From an uncultured candidate division Zixibacteria bacterium (lineage in GTDB: Bacteria; Zixibacteria; MSB-5A5; GN15; FEB-12), in contig OY760907.1 in the NCBI GenBank assembly GCA_963664195.1, positions 3,392,001 through 3,456,000 on the forward strand: 64,000 bases of DNA, read 5' to 3'. This document shows, one piece after another, positions 29,001-37,339 of this stretch. The position numbers and the translations under genes are program-made. Below the pieces are notes generated by a model. It was not told the origin of the DNA. It worked only from the letters and a program-made list of their open reading frames with translations, and ran no database searches. Each line of letters starts with the position of its first letter. Positions within the stretch are counted from its first letter, which is position 1.

Positions 29001-29243
29001 ACGCTGGCTACCGTTTTCGGGATGCTTCCGCTCGCCTTGGGAATCGGCTCCGGCGCTGAGCTGCGGGCACCAATGGCTCAGGCAGTTATTGGAGGTATGC
29101 TCTCCTCCACCCTTCTCACTCTCGTGGTAGTCCCGGTGGTGTACACGATTATCGATGACTTCGTGGGATTGTTCAGAAATAAGAAGACCGACTCTCACGG
29201 AAGTACTGTACAGGAGCCTGAGAAACTGGCTCAGAAGGCATAG
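26064..29243 (+). CDS. RND efflux transporter permease (AcrB/MdtB-like)
   Basis: RPVFA, YPGASAE.IE, GILIDDSIVVVEN, KNAILLIDF, RLRPILMT. Confidence 0.96.
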   Translation: MKISELSITRPVFATMMILALLVMGAFSYLGLSVEMWPKVDFPFVVVQTVYPGASAETIETEVTEKVEEAVNQISGIRHIVSKSQEGFTYTFVEFDLEVDGAEATQDVREKISRIRGDLPDDIEEPIVTQFDMEAQGVMSLSIAGQRSAREITQIVKDRIKPRLEAVSGVGSVELVGGSEREIQVALLPDRMESYEITVDDVKYSIQMANLEIPGGRMDESSREYLVRVKGKLTSVDQFENIVVKNKEGTPIYLSDVAIVKDTIVEQRSLSRWKGEQAVALNIINQSGANIVDLAAGVRETLSELNKELPPDIIITTVNDNSVWIEDSIDEILFNIEFGTLLAVIVIFLFLLDIRPTIITGLSIPISIIATFTVMKWLGFTINFMTLLGLSLAVGILIDDSIVVVENIYRKMQEGQSPFKAAFSGTKEIGLAVAATTFSIMVVFLPVAFMEGIIGRFFYQFGMTVACSVLISLFVAFTLVPMLTSRTQAPREDKESLDPAKAKGWMALWLRIRKPLSIWNRAFDAFRPFYTRLLRVSLKHRWVVMLVATASFAVAIGIVASGLIGMEFQAKTDQGKIYVAVTTPPGTTLQETSDRIDQMEAILEDQLKEVVGSFVTVGGDNTPVTEGLLLVKLVDAAEREISALDLIDSVRTLVSVVPGVKVSVAGEPSEGGSSKPVEFSIRGADRDELARIAHKVQNLVAAAPGAADVDNTLEEGKPELHITVDRDLADDLGLNVLAISQTVRTLVEGDVVTQFQQGDEDYDVRVRLDERYRNSEDAIGRIKIASSKEVVGMDQFLVPLNRVARFDKKTAIGEYSRYDRLPEVRVNANPMRGAFAGTLTNNVRDIVDSTIQLPPGYTATPVGEQEIMEESNQNIGMALLLAIVFIYLTLSSQYESFFDPLSIMLSLPLSLIGAILGLWFSGSSFNIMTQVGIVMLMGLVTKNAILLIDFVKQQRETGMSRSEAILTAGPIRLRPILMTTLATVFGMLPLALGIGSGAELRAPMAQAVIGGMLSSTLLTLVVVPVVYTIIDDFVGLFRNKKTDSHGSTVQEPEKLAQKA

Positions 29244-29264
29244 AACGACCAATCCAACAGTATT

Positions 29265-29300
29265 GAGGCCCGGAATCCGGACCGATTTCGGGCCTTTTTC
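29265..29300 (+). terminator. Rho-independent terminator
   Basis: AGGCCCGGAATC...GATTTCGGGCCTTTTT. Confidence 0.8.
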
Positions 29301-29432
29301 GGGATGACGCCGACACAACTATTGCGCCAATCCCGTCCCACTCCCGGATTCAGCCGATCAACACAAAACTCAGCTTGGATGTCTTGATTTCCCGCTCGAG
29401 AAATTCGGCGTAGCCTGCTGCAATTCAATGCC

Positions 29433-29463
29433 TTGACAGATATTGAATTCACTATATATTGTA
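29433..29463 (+). promoter_or_regulatory. Sigma70-type promoter of M14-dockerin gene
   Basis: TTGACA-N16-TATATTGTA. Confidence 0.65.
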
Positions 29464-29553
29464 TAGATACACCGAGCCTCCTCTCACCGACCGCTCGCCT
29501 GTACTACAACAGATGTGAAGTTTAAATAACCTCTAGTCCCTAAGGTGTCTTCC

Positions 29554-32500
29554 ATGAAGAAGATAGCTATCTTCGCTTGCTTCCTGTTGGTATTATCGAC
29601 GACGATATTCGCCGCCGGAGACCATACCGAGACGTATTTCAAGTTCCGTGTAAACACGCCACAAGAGCTTGAAAAACTTACCAGAATCATCTCGATTGAC
29701 AACGTGCAGGACGGTGTCGTCCACGCATACGCGAACGAGAAAGAAATCGAAGTCTTTAAGACTCTGGGATATGACTACGAAGTCCTTCCTCATCCGGGCA
29801 CGTTGATTGATCCGGTCATGACCGACTCGAAAGATGGCTTGAAGGACTGGGACACCTATCCGACGTATGAGGCCTACGTTGATCAGATGAATCAGTTCGC
29901 CATTGACTACCCGGACCTCTGCCAGATAGTCAACGCCGGCAACTCCGTCGAAGGACGCCAAGTCCTATTCGCAAAGATATCCCACAATGTCGGTGTCGAA
30001 GAAGACGAACCGGAGGTCATGTTCACGGGCACGATGCACGGTGACGAAACCACCGGCTACGTCCTGATGATCCGCCTGATAGATTCTCTCCTGACGGGGT
30101 ACGGCAATGACGCCAACATCACCCGACTGGTGGACAGCATGGACATCTGGATCAACCCGGCGGCCAACCCGGACGGCACTTACGCCGGTGGCAACAGTTC
30201 GGTTTCCGGGTCCACGCGCTACAACGCCAATGGTGTTGACCTCAACCGCAACTTCCATGACCCGGAAGACGGCGAACATCCCGATGGGAATTCCTACCAG
30301 CCGGAAACCATAGCCATGATGAACATCGCTGCGGCACAGAATTTCATCATCTCGGCCAACTTCCACGGCGGGGCTGAAGTGCTCAACTACCCGTGGGACA
30401 CCTGGGTTACACGCCACGCTGACGATCAGTGGTGGCAGGACGTGTGCCGTACCTGGGCAGACTCGGCACATGCCTATGCTCCGTCGGGCTATTTGTCCGA
30501 CCTGAATAACGGCATCACCAACGGCTATGATTGGTACACCACCTCCGGATGCCGTCAGGATTACATGAATTACTTCCAGAGCTGTCGTGAAATGACCGCT
30601 GAGTTGTCTGGCACTAAGTTGCTCCCTGCCAGCCAACTTCCGGCACACTGGGTCTACAATCGTATTGGCTTTGTCATGTATCTGGAGAATGCCCTGTTTG
30701 GCATTCGCGGTATCGTAACCGATGCAGGCACGGGCGATCCGGTTGCAGCCATGATTACGACACTCAACCACGACAACAATAACGCTCAGGTTAGGACGGA
30801 CCCCGACGTCGGAGACTACCATCGGATGCTTGAAGCGGGAACCTATGATCTAGTTTTCTCCGCTCCGGGCTACTTCTCAGACACGGTGACCGGTATCAGC
30901 GTCGTAGATCGTCAGGCCACCCGAGTGGATGTGCAACTGACAGCGCTTCCCGATGATCCGTTCCTGACTTTTGCTGAGTATGACGGCACTGCCGCCTACC
31001 CGGACGACGACGCTTCGATCAATATCACGCTCAATAACTTGGGCGCCGGTATCGCTACAGGCGTTGTGGGCGTGCTGAGCAGCACGGACGAATTCATCAC
31101 GGTCACCCAAGCCACTTCCGCCTACCCGACAATCAATGCGCTCGGCGGCGAAGCGACTTCAATAACCGCATACGAATTCCATATCGATTCCGAGTGTCCC
31201 CTCTTCCACGAAGCCACATTCATGCTTTCGCTCACTGACGACGACACCTACTCGGACGATGTAACCTTCAGCTATCTCGTTGGCGATCGGATCGTCATTT
31301 TCGCCGATGACTTCTCCTCGAACCAGGGCTGGACCGGTCTTGGCGGTGTCGGCGAATGGACAATCGGTGCCTGTGTTGGCGGCGGTACGAGCGGACGTCA
31401 GGATCCGACCGAAGACCACTCGTCCAGCGGCGATAATCAGGTGCTCGGCAATGACCTGACCTCTGCCGGAACGTACAATGACGGCATCGCAGAAGACTGG
31501 GCATACTCACCGGTCATCGACTGTGGCGGCCGCACCGGTGTGGAGCTTCGCTACTGGCACTGGCTGGGTTGCGAGTCCAGCACCTATGACCATGCGAAGT
31601 TCGACGTGTTCGACGGTGACAGTTGGATCAACCTTTTCTCCAACGGTTCGACAAGCCAGGCAACGTCATGGACTGAGGCCTACTACGATCTTTCAGCCTA
31701 CGCAGACGACAACCCGGGCTTCCAGATGCGCTGGAGCATAGGGCCAACCGACGGCTCCGGAGTATACTCGGGCTGGAATATCGACGATATCGAACTCAAG
31801 GGCTACGGCTCAAGCGGTGGTTCGCCGGTATTGGCCCTATCACCGACCTCAGTTATCGATAGCCTCCAACCGGGTGACCAGGGACAGGCTATCTTGAAGG
31901 TCAAAAACACCGGTGACGGCAGCCTCGGTGTCTGGTTCTCGTCGGCCAATTCCTGGCTTTCGTTCTCCAAAGAGAAGCAGACAGTTCCTGCGGGCGACAG
32001 TCTCGAATTGGAAGTTACGATTCTCACTGCCGGGCTCGTCGGCGGGGACCACGTTGGCAGCATCGACTACACGTCCAATGATGCCGGTAACGCATCCGGA
32101 TATGTCCCCGTTACACTGCACATCTTTGTACCGGATATCTCCATAGGCGAAACGTCAATCGCTAAGAGCCTGAACCCGGATGAGACGGACACCTATGCGT
32201 TGGTCATTGACAACGACGGTCCGGGTAGATTGATCTATCAGGTCGGAACCCAGATGGACATGAAGTCCAAGTCAAGCCAGGCCGTCACGGCGATTCAGGA
32301 ACTCGGCACTCCGATCGGTTACCGTACGGCAGACGGCGACAAGGGTGGTACACAGGAACCGTTCTATGCCGCCCAAACGAAGGGCTCGGGCGGTCCGGAT
32401 GCTTTCGGCTACACCTGGATAGACTCGGACGAACCGGGTGGACCGGTCTTCGACTGGATTGATATTACGACACTTGGAACGGAAGTCACACTAAGTGATG

Positions 32501-33417
32501 ACAATTATGTTCCGTCGTACGGTTCTCCCCTGGCGATCGGTTTTGACTTCCCGTTCTACGACAGCCTGTACAGTTCACTGTACATCGGTTCAAACGGTCT
32601 TATCTCCTTCGATACCGGTTACGGCCGCGCTTCTGGTGGTCCTTTGCCGGACGACAACTTCACTTCCTACATAGGCGTCTGGCACGACGATCTTGATCCG
32701 CCGGAAGTCCCGGGACACGTCTACTACTATCATGATGCAGCCAACGGCCGGTTCATCGTGAGTTATGTCAATGTGAGAAACTACGTGAGTCCGACCGGGA
32801 CCGGTGATCTCTCCTTCCAGGTCATCTTGTACCCCAACGGTCAGATCACCATGCAGTACGATGTGATGGATCCCGGTGCGGACACCGAGGGCCTCGCGAG
32901 TGCCACAATCGGCATACAGAACTCGGACCGCACCGATGCTCTGCAGATATTGTACAATGCGGCCTACATGCACAACCAACTGGCAATTCAAATCGGTGCG
33001 GCATCCTGGCTGTCAGCCAATCCGACTTCCGGCACAGTTGACCCGTACGGAACCACCACGGTGAACTTGCTCTTCGACGCCTCGGGCCTCGAAATCGGCG
33101 ACTACACAGGTAACTTGACAATCATCTGCAACGATCCGGATACTCCGGCCAAGGATATCCCGGTCACTTTGACGGTCTCGACCGGTTGCTGTACCGGCCC
33201 GTCGGTAGGTAATGTCGACGGAAGTGTGGATAACCTGGTAACGATGAGCGACTTGACGGTACTTATCGACCACCTGTTCATCAGCCTTGACCCGCTGACT
33301 TGTGTGGCCGAAGGCAACACGGATATCAGTGAGGATGAGTTGGTGACAATGAGTGACTTGACCGTGCTGATCGATCACCTGTTCATCAGCCTCAACCCGC
33401 TCCCGACGTGTCCATAG
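29554..33417 (+). CDS. Secreted M14 zinc carboxypeptidase (N/E-like) with propeptide, regulatory domain, shared C-terminal chassis and dockerin-like tag
   Basis: MHGDE, NPDG, DLNRNF, ANFHGG, YPWD, GITNGYDWY...G..QDY, AELS; dockerin-like duplicate at 33187-33417. Confidence 0.9.
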   Translation: MKKIAIFACFLLVLSTTIFAAGDHTETYFKFRVNTPQELEKLTRIISIDNVQDGVVHAYANEKEIEVFKTLGYDYEVLPHPGTLIDPVMTDSKDGLKDWDTYPTYEAYVDQMNQFAIDYPDLCQIVNAGNSVEGRQVLFAKISHNVGVEEDEPEVMFTGTMHGDETTGYVLMIRLIDSLLTGYGNDANITRLVDSMDIWINPAANPDGTYAGGNSSVSGSTRYNANGVDLNRNFHDPEDGEHPDGNSYQPETIAMMNIAAAQNFIISANFHGGAEVLNYPWDTWVTRHADDQWWQDVCRTWADSAHAYAPSGYLSDLNNGITNGYDWYTTSGCRQDYMNYFQSCREMTAELSGTKLLPASQLPAHWVYNRIGFVMYLENALFGIRGIVTDAGTGDPVAAMITTLNHDNNNAQVRTDPDVGDYHRMLEAGTYDLVFSAPGYFSDTVTGISVVDRQATRVDVQLTALPDDPFLTFAEYDGTAAYPDDDASINITLNNLGAGIATGVVGVLSSTDEFITVTQATSAYPTINALGGEATSITAYEFHIDSECPLFHEATFMLSLTDDDTYSDDVTFSYLVGDRIVIFADDFSSNQGWTGLGGVGEWTIGACVGGGTSGRQDPTEDHSSSGDNQVLGNDLTSAGTYNDGIAEDWAYSPVIDCGGRTGVELRYWHWLGCESSTYDHAKFDVFDGDSWINLFSNGSTSQATSWTEAYYDLSAYADDNPGFQMRWSIGPTDGSGVYSGWNIDDIELKGYGSSGGSPVLALSPTSVIDSLQPGDQGQAILKVKNTGDGSLGVWFSSANSWLSFSKEKQTVPAGDSLELEVTILTAGLVGGDHVGSIDYTSNDAGNASGYVPVTLHIFVPDISIGETSIAKSLNPDETDTYALVIDNDGPGRLIYQVGTQMDMKSKSSQAVTAIQELGTPIGYRTADGDKGGTQEPFYAAQTKGSGGPDAFGYTWIDSDEPGGPVFDWIDITTLGTEVTLSDDNYVPSYGSPLAIGFDFPFYDSLYSSLYIGSNGLISFDTGYGRASGGPLPDDNFTSYIGVWHDDLDPPEVPGHVYYYHDAANGRFIVSYVNVRNYVSPTGTGDLSFQVILYPNGQITMQYDVMDPGADTEGLASATIGIQNSDRTDALQILYNAAYMHNQLAIQIGAASWLSANPTSGTVDPYGTTTVNLLFDASGLEIGDYTGNLTIICNDPDTPAKDIPVTLTVSTGCCTGPSVGNVDGSVDNLVTMSDLTVLIDHLFISLDPLTCVAEGNTDISEDELVTMSDLTVLIDHLFISLNPLPTCP

Positions 33418-33450
33418 AAGTCGAGTCGAACTGACTCTGGAATCACTATG

Positions 33451-33491
33451 AGCCCGGCCCCGGATCACTCCGGCGGCCGGGTTTTCCTTTT
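33451..33491 (+). terminator. Rho-independent terminator
   Basis: AGCCCGGCC...GGCCGGGTTTTCCTTTT. Confidence 0.75.
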
Positions 33492-33787
33492 CGCCATACC
33501 CCGTCTTGCCTTGCCGTTCCCCGATGGAACAGGCGAAACGCTGAAGCACTGTTTCAATATTGCAGTTAGCGAGAATACGTGTCCAAAGACGCATATTGCC
33601 TGTTCAATAATCTGACAGTGTTGATCCGTTGAACAACCAAACCGACTGGTAAACCCTTTTCACACAGCAATACATCGACGTATTTCATTGCCTGACAATG
33701 CACTACCCGATTCACCTGAAGTTGGCCTGCAATTTGAATAACATTCTGACAACTAGGACAACACACGGGACAGAAATCGGAGACGTC

Positions 33788-36094
33788 ATGCACTCTGAAT
33801 CGAACACCAACAGCTACGGAACGGCACTACTCCTCTTAGTCTGCACGTTCCTGATACTATCCTCACCGATCATGGCCGCCCTGACGGCGCTTGAGGCCGC
33901 CCCCAATTCTGTGACGATCAGTTGGACCGCACCCGGCGACGACGGCACCACCGGCACCGCCACCAGCTATGACGTACGCTACTCCACCTCGATGATCAAC
34001 GAGGCCAACTGGGACGCCGCCACTCAGGCAACCGGTGAACCCTCTCCGCAGGCTGCCGGTTCCAGCGAGCAGTTTGCACTGAGTGGACTGAATCCGAGCA
34101 CGACCTACTACATCGCGATCAAAGTCGCCGACGAAGTGCCCAACTGGTCCGGCCTCTCCAACGTAGTGGTCAAGTCGACCACCGTGGAAGAAACCGCTCC
34201 GGCCGCAATCGCCGATGCAAGTGTCGGAAACCCGACCGAAAACTCTCTCACCCTGTCCTGGACTGCCCCGGGTGACGACGGCTCGACCGGCACCGCCACC
34301 TGGTATGACGTCCGCTATTCGACTTCAACCATCAGCGAAGCCAACTGGGACGCCGCCACTCAGGTGTCCGGCGAACCCGCTCCGCAGTCAGCCGGAAGTT
34401 CCCAGTCTCTGACAATAGCCGGTCTTTCCCCGGAACAGACGTATTTCTTCGCGATTAAGACTGCCGACGAGGTCCCCAATTGGTCCGCCCTCTCCAATAT
34501 CGCCTCAGGATCGACCTCGGCCGAGACCGTCCCCCCGGCGGCTGTCGCCGACCTTGGCAACAGTGGGAGCACCGAAACCTCGATCACGCTTGTGTGGACC
34601 GCCCCAGGTGACGACGGAGCCAGCGGCACTGCCTCCTCGTACGACATCAGATACTCGGCTTCTTCTATCAACGCCTCAAACTGGGATGCTGCCACCCGGG
34701 TGACCGGAGAACCGTCACCGGCCTCAGCCGGCAGCACTGAATCGTTTACCGTCGGCGGTCTGAGCTCAGGTTCCACGTACTTCTTCGCCCTCAAGACCGC
34801 CGACGAAGTTCCAAACTGGTCGGCCCTGTCCAACGTCGCTTCCGCCGCCACGCAATTCGACGGAACTTCTCCGGAAGGCGTTGACGATTTGCTGGCCGGA
34901 CTCCCGACTCTGAACTCGCTCACGCTCGTCTGGTCCGCCCCGGGTGATGACGGCGCAGTGGGAACGGCCTCGCAGTATGACGTCAGATATTCGACCTCAC
35001 CGATCAACGTCAGCAATTGGGACGCAGCGTCGCAGATTTCCGGTGAGCCGTCGCCGAGTGTGGCCGGTACGCCGGAATCTCTGACCGTAGTCGGTCTGGC
35101 CGAAAACACAACCTACTACTTCGCGCTCAAGACCGCTGATGAGCGCGACAACTGGTCGGTGCTTTCAAATGTCGCCGCAAACACCACTGCGCTCGACAAC
35201 ACGCCGCCAGCAGCCATCAACGACCTTTCAGCTGTTACCGGTGAAGAAGACGGACAGATCGAATTGACCTGGACCGCTCCCGGCGACGACGAGCTGATCG
35301 GCCAGGCTATGGGCTACTCTATCCGCTACTCTTTGGACCCGATCACTGAAGGCAACTGGGAATCCGCGCTCGTATATATGGACGTGCCCAATCCGGGCGC
35401 CTCGGGAACCACCGAAGCCATTACTATGGAGGGGTTGACACCGGGAGAACTCTTCTACCTCGCGATCAAGACTTACGATGATGCAGCAAACCCCTCTCTG
35501 TTGTCCAACGAGGCCTCGGCGATCTCCGGTCTTAATATCATAAGCGCCGCCGGAGATCTCGCCGCGCCGACGTTCCCCGCCAACGATGCCATTGTGGCCA
35601 CCTCCCTGCCCGTGCTCAAGGTGGAGAACGCCAATGCTTCCAGTGACAATGTCTACTACTTCGAGTTGGCAACCGATCCTGACTTCTATGGATTGGTTGC
35701 CGGCTCGGTAGTGGACCAACAACCCGGCGACGTGACTGAATGGAAAGTGAACGAGAGACTCGCAGTCAACGGGACCTACTACTGGCGTGTGGGTACCAAC
35801 GATGAAGGCTACAGCGAAGTTTTCCGATTCAACGTCGAAGCATTCACCCACGCCTACCCGAACCCGGTCCGTCTGGCCGACGTTGAGGCCGCTACATTTA
35901 CAGATATCCCGGAAGGCAGCGACCTAACCCTCCTCTCCGTATCCGGTAACGTTGTTCGTGAATGGTCAAATGTGACCGGCAATGATATCGTATGGGACGG
36001 TACGAATGAATCCGGCAACCAGGTAGCTTCCGGCACCTATCTCTGGTATGTTTCAGGAACTGACGCGAATGGCAAACTGCTGGTCGTACGATAA
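33788..36094 (+). CDS. Secreted 5x fibronectin type III repeat protein with FlgD-Ig/T9SS-CTD-like C-terminus
   Basis: W[TS]APGDD repeats at 33923, 34259, 34595, 34931 and 35270 (~112-aa period); C-terminal AYPNP...WDGTN..G..VASGTY...KLLVVR; no catalytic domain seen. Confidence 0.8.
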   Translation: MHSESNTNSYGTALLLLVCTFLILSSPIMAALTALEAAPNSVTISWTAPGDDGTTGTATSYDVRYSTSMINEANWDAATQATGEPSPQAAGSSEQFALSGLNPSTTYYIAIKVADEVPNWSGLSNVVVKSTTVEETAPAAIADASVGNPTENSLTLSWTAPGDDGSTGTATWYDVRYSTSTISEANWDAATQVSGEPAPQSAGSSQSLTIAGLSPEQTYFFAIKTADEVPNWSALSNIASGSTSAETVPPAAVADLGNSGSTETSITLVWTAPGDDGASGTASSYDIRYSASSINASNWDAATRVTGEPSPASAGSTESFTVGGLSSGSTYFFALKTADEVPNWSALSNVASAATQFDGTSPEGVDDLLAGLPTLNSLTLVWSAPGDDGAVGTASQYDVRYSTSPINVSNWDAASQISGEPSPSVAGTPESLTVVGLAENTTYYFALKTADERDNWSVLSNVAANTTALDNTPPAAINDLSAVTGEEDGQIELTWTAPGDDELIGQAMGYSIRYSLDPITEGNWESALVYMDVPNPGASGTTEAITMEGLTPGELFYLAIKTYDDAANPSLLSNEASAISGLNIISAAGDLAAPTFPANDAIVATSLPVLKVENANASSDNVYYFELATDPDFYGLVAGSVVDQQPGDVTEWKVNERLAVNGTYYWRVGTNDEGYSEVFRFNVEAFTHAYPNPVRLADVEAATFTDIPEGSDLTLLSVSGNVVREWSNVTGNDIVWDGTNESGNQVASGTYLWYVSGTDANGKLLVVR

Positions 36095-36162
36095 CGCACG
36101 AGACCGAACAGCAACAGCTTAGGCACGCATATTAAAGCGGCACTTGACAAAAGAATCACTGT

Positions 36163-36645
36163 CTAAACGAACGTCTTGACGATCTCCCGATGGAGGCCCT
36201 GCAAATCGGCGTAGGCCTTATTGATCTCGTCAATCTTCTGGTGCAGCTTCTTCATGAGCTGCTGTTTTTCCAGACCGTTGCGGAGGACGATAAGGATATC
36301 CTCGTTGTCCCAGGGCTTCTGGATGTATTGATACAGGCCCACCTCGTTGATCGCTTTGATCGCGTTTTCTTTGTCAGCATAGCCAGTCAGAATAATGCGA
36401 GGGACCTCGGGGCGCAGATCGCGCACTCTGCCGAGGAAAGTGATGCCGTCCATTTCTGGCATGAGGTAGTCAGAAATAACGATGTCAATGCTATTGTCCT
36501 TGATGAAATCAAGAGCTTCGTTCGCAGACAGGAATGTCCTAACCTCATAGTCCGTCTCAAGAGCCAGAAACGAACTCAAACTGGTCAGAACCATTTCTTC
36601 ATCGTCAACTATCGCAACTGTATACTTGTCGCCGGAGTTCGCCAT
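36163..36645 (-). CDS. Response regulator (receiver + short coiled coil)
   Basis: IVDDE, ISDYLMPEMDG, ILTG, YIQKPW. Confidence 0.92.
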   Translation of the reverse strand: MANSGDKYTVAIVDDEEMVLTSLSSFLALETDYEVRTFLSANEALDFIKDNSIDIVISDYLMPEMDGITFLGRVRDLRPEVPRIILTGYADKENAIKAINEVGLYQYIQKPWDNEDILIVLRNGLEKQQLMKKLHQKIDEINKAYADLQGLHREIVKTFV

Positions 36646-36799
36646 GAACCTCTCCTGTAATTATCCATCTGTCAATCCCGCCACAGAGGAGGCCGGATAG
36701 TGGTCTCGCGTCGACAGCGACGCTGAATTAACAATATCGTAAAACTCAAGCAGGATTGCCAGTGTAACCTGCATCTTTCCGCAGTCTCGCGCTTCAGGC

Positions 36800-37258
36800 C
36801 TATTCTCTTGACGAACCGGCCGATACTGCCCCTCCCCCACCTACTCTCCCCATAAGACCTCGCAGCCGGGAGGCCATCTTCTTCAAGACGCCACGAGTGA
36901 TTTGAACGTGATCAGAGAGCAAATCAATGAAGTCCTCCCGGTCGACGCGCAGGAGTCGCGTGTCCTCCACGGCCGTGGCTGTAACCACATTTGGTTCCTC
37001 GTCAAAAAGCGCCCAGGTACCAAACGCCGACTTCGAGTTTGCCCGTGTGATTTCTCTCCCACCCTGATGCAGCTTGATCTGTCCGTGAAGAACGAGGTAC
37101 AGTGCCTCGGAAGGAGTATCCTGCTGATAAATGTCCTCATCCTTCAGGTACGAGACTTCTTCAGCAATCGCCGCAAGGTGTGCCAATTGTTCGGTTGGCA
37201 CCTCATCGAATACATCGATATTCTGGAGAAACAGCACTTTTTCTACAACAGTCAGCAT
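36800..37258 (-). CDS. Stand-alone cyclic nucleotide-binding domain protein
   Basis: MLTVVEKVLFL..I..F, LY.VL.G.I, FG.WALFD.EP...TATA. Confidence 0.85.
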   Translation of the reverse strand: MLTVVEKVLFLQNIDVFDEVPTEQLAHLAAIAEEVSYLKDEDIYQQDTPSEALYLVLHGQIKLHQGGREITRANSKSAFGTWALFDEEPNVVTATAVEDTRLLRVDREDFIDLLSDHVQITRGVLKKMASRLRGLMGRVGGGGAVSAGSSRE

Positions 37259-37339
37259 ATAGATATCCCATTGTCGCGCTTAAAATGTCTAATACCACAG
37301 CCAACCACAAGTGGTTTCCGGCTAATCCGGCCCCCCGCC

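Noticed and set aside
18508..33417. Duplicated C-terminal regions and tags as DGR template/variable repeats
   Set aside because: All copies are coding, the differences are mostly synonymous rather than adenine-specific, and there is no reverse transcriptase in the window.
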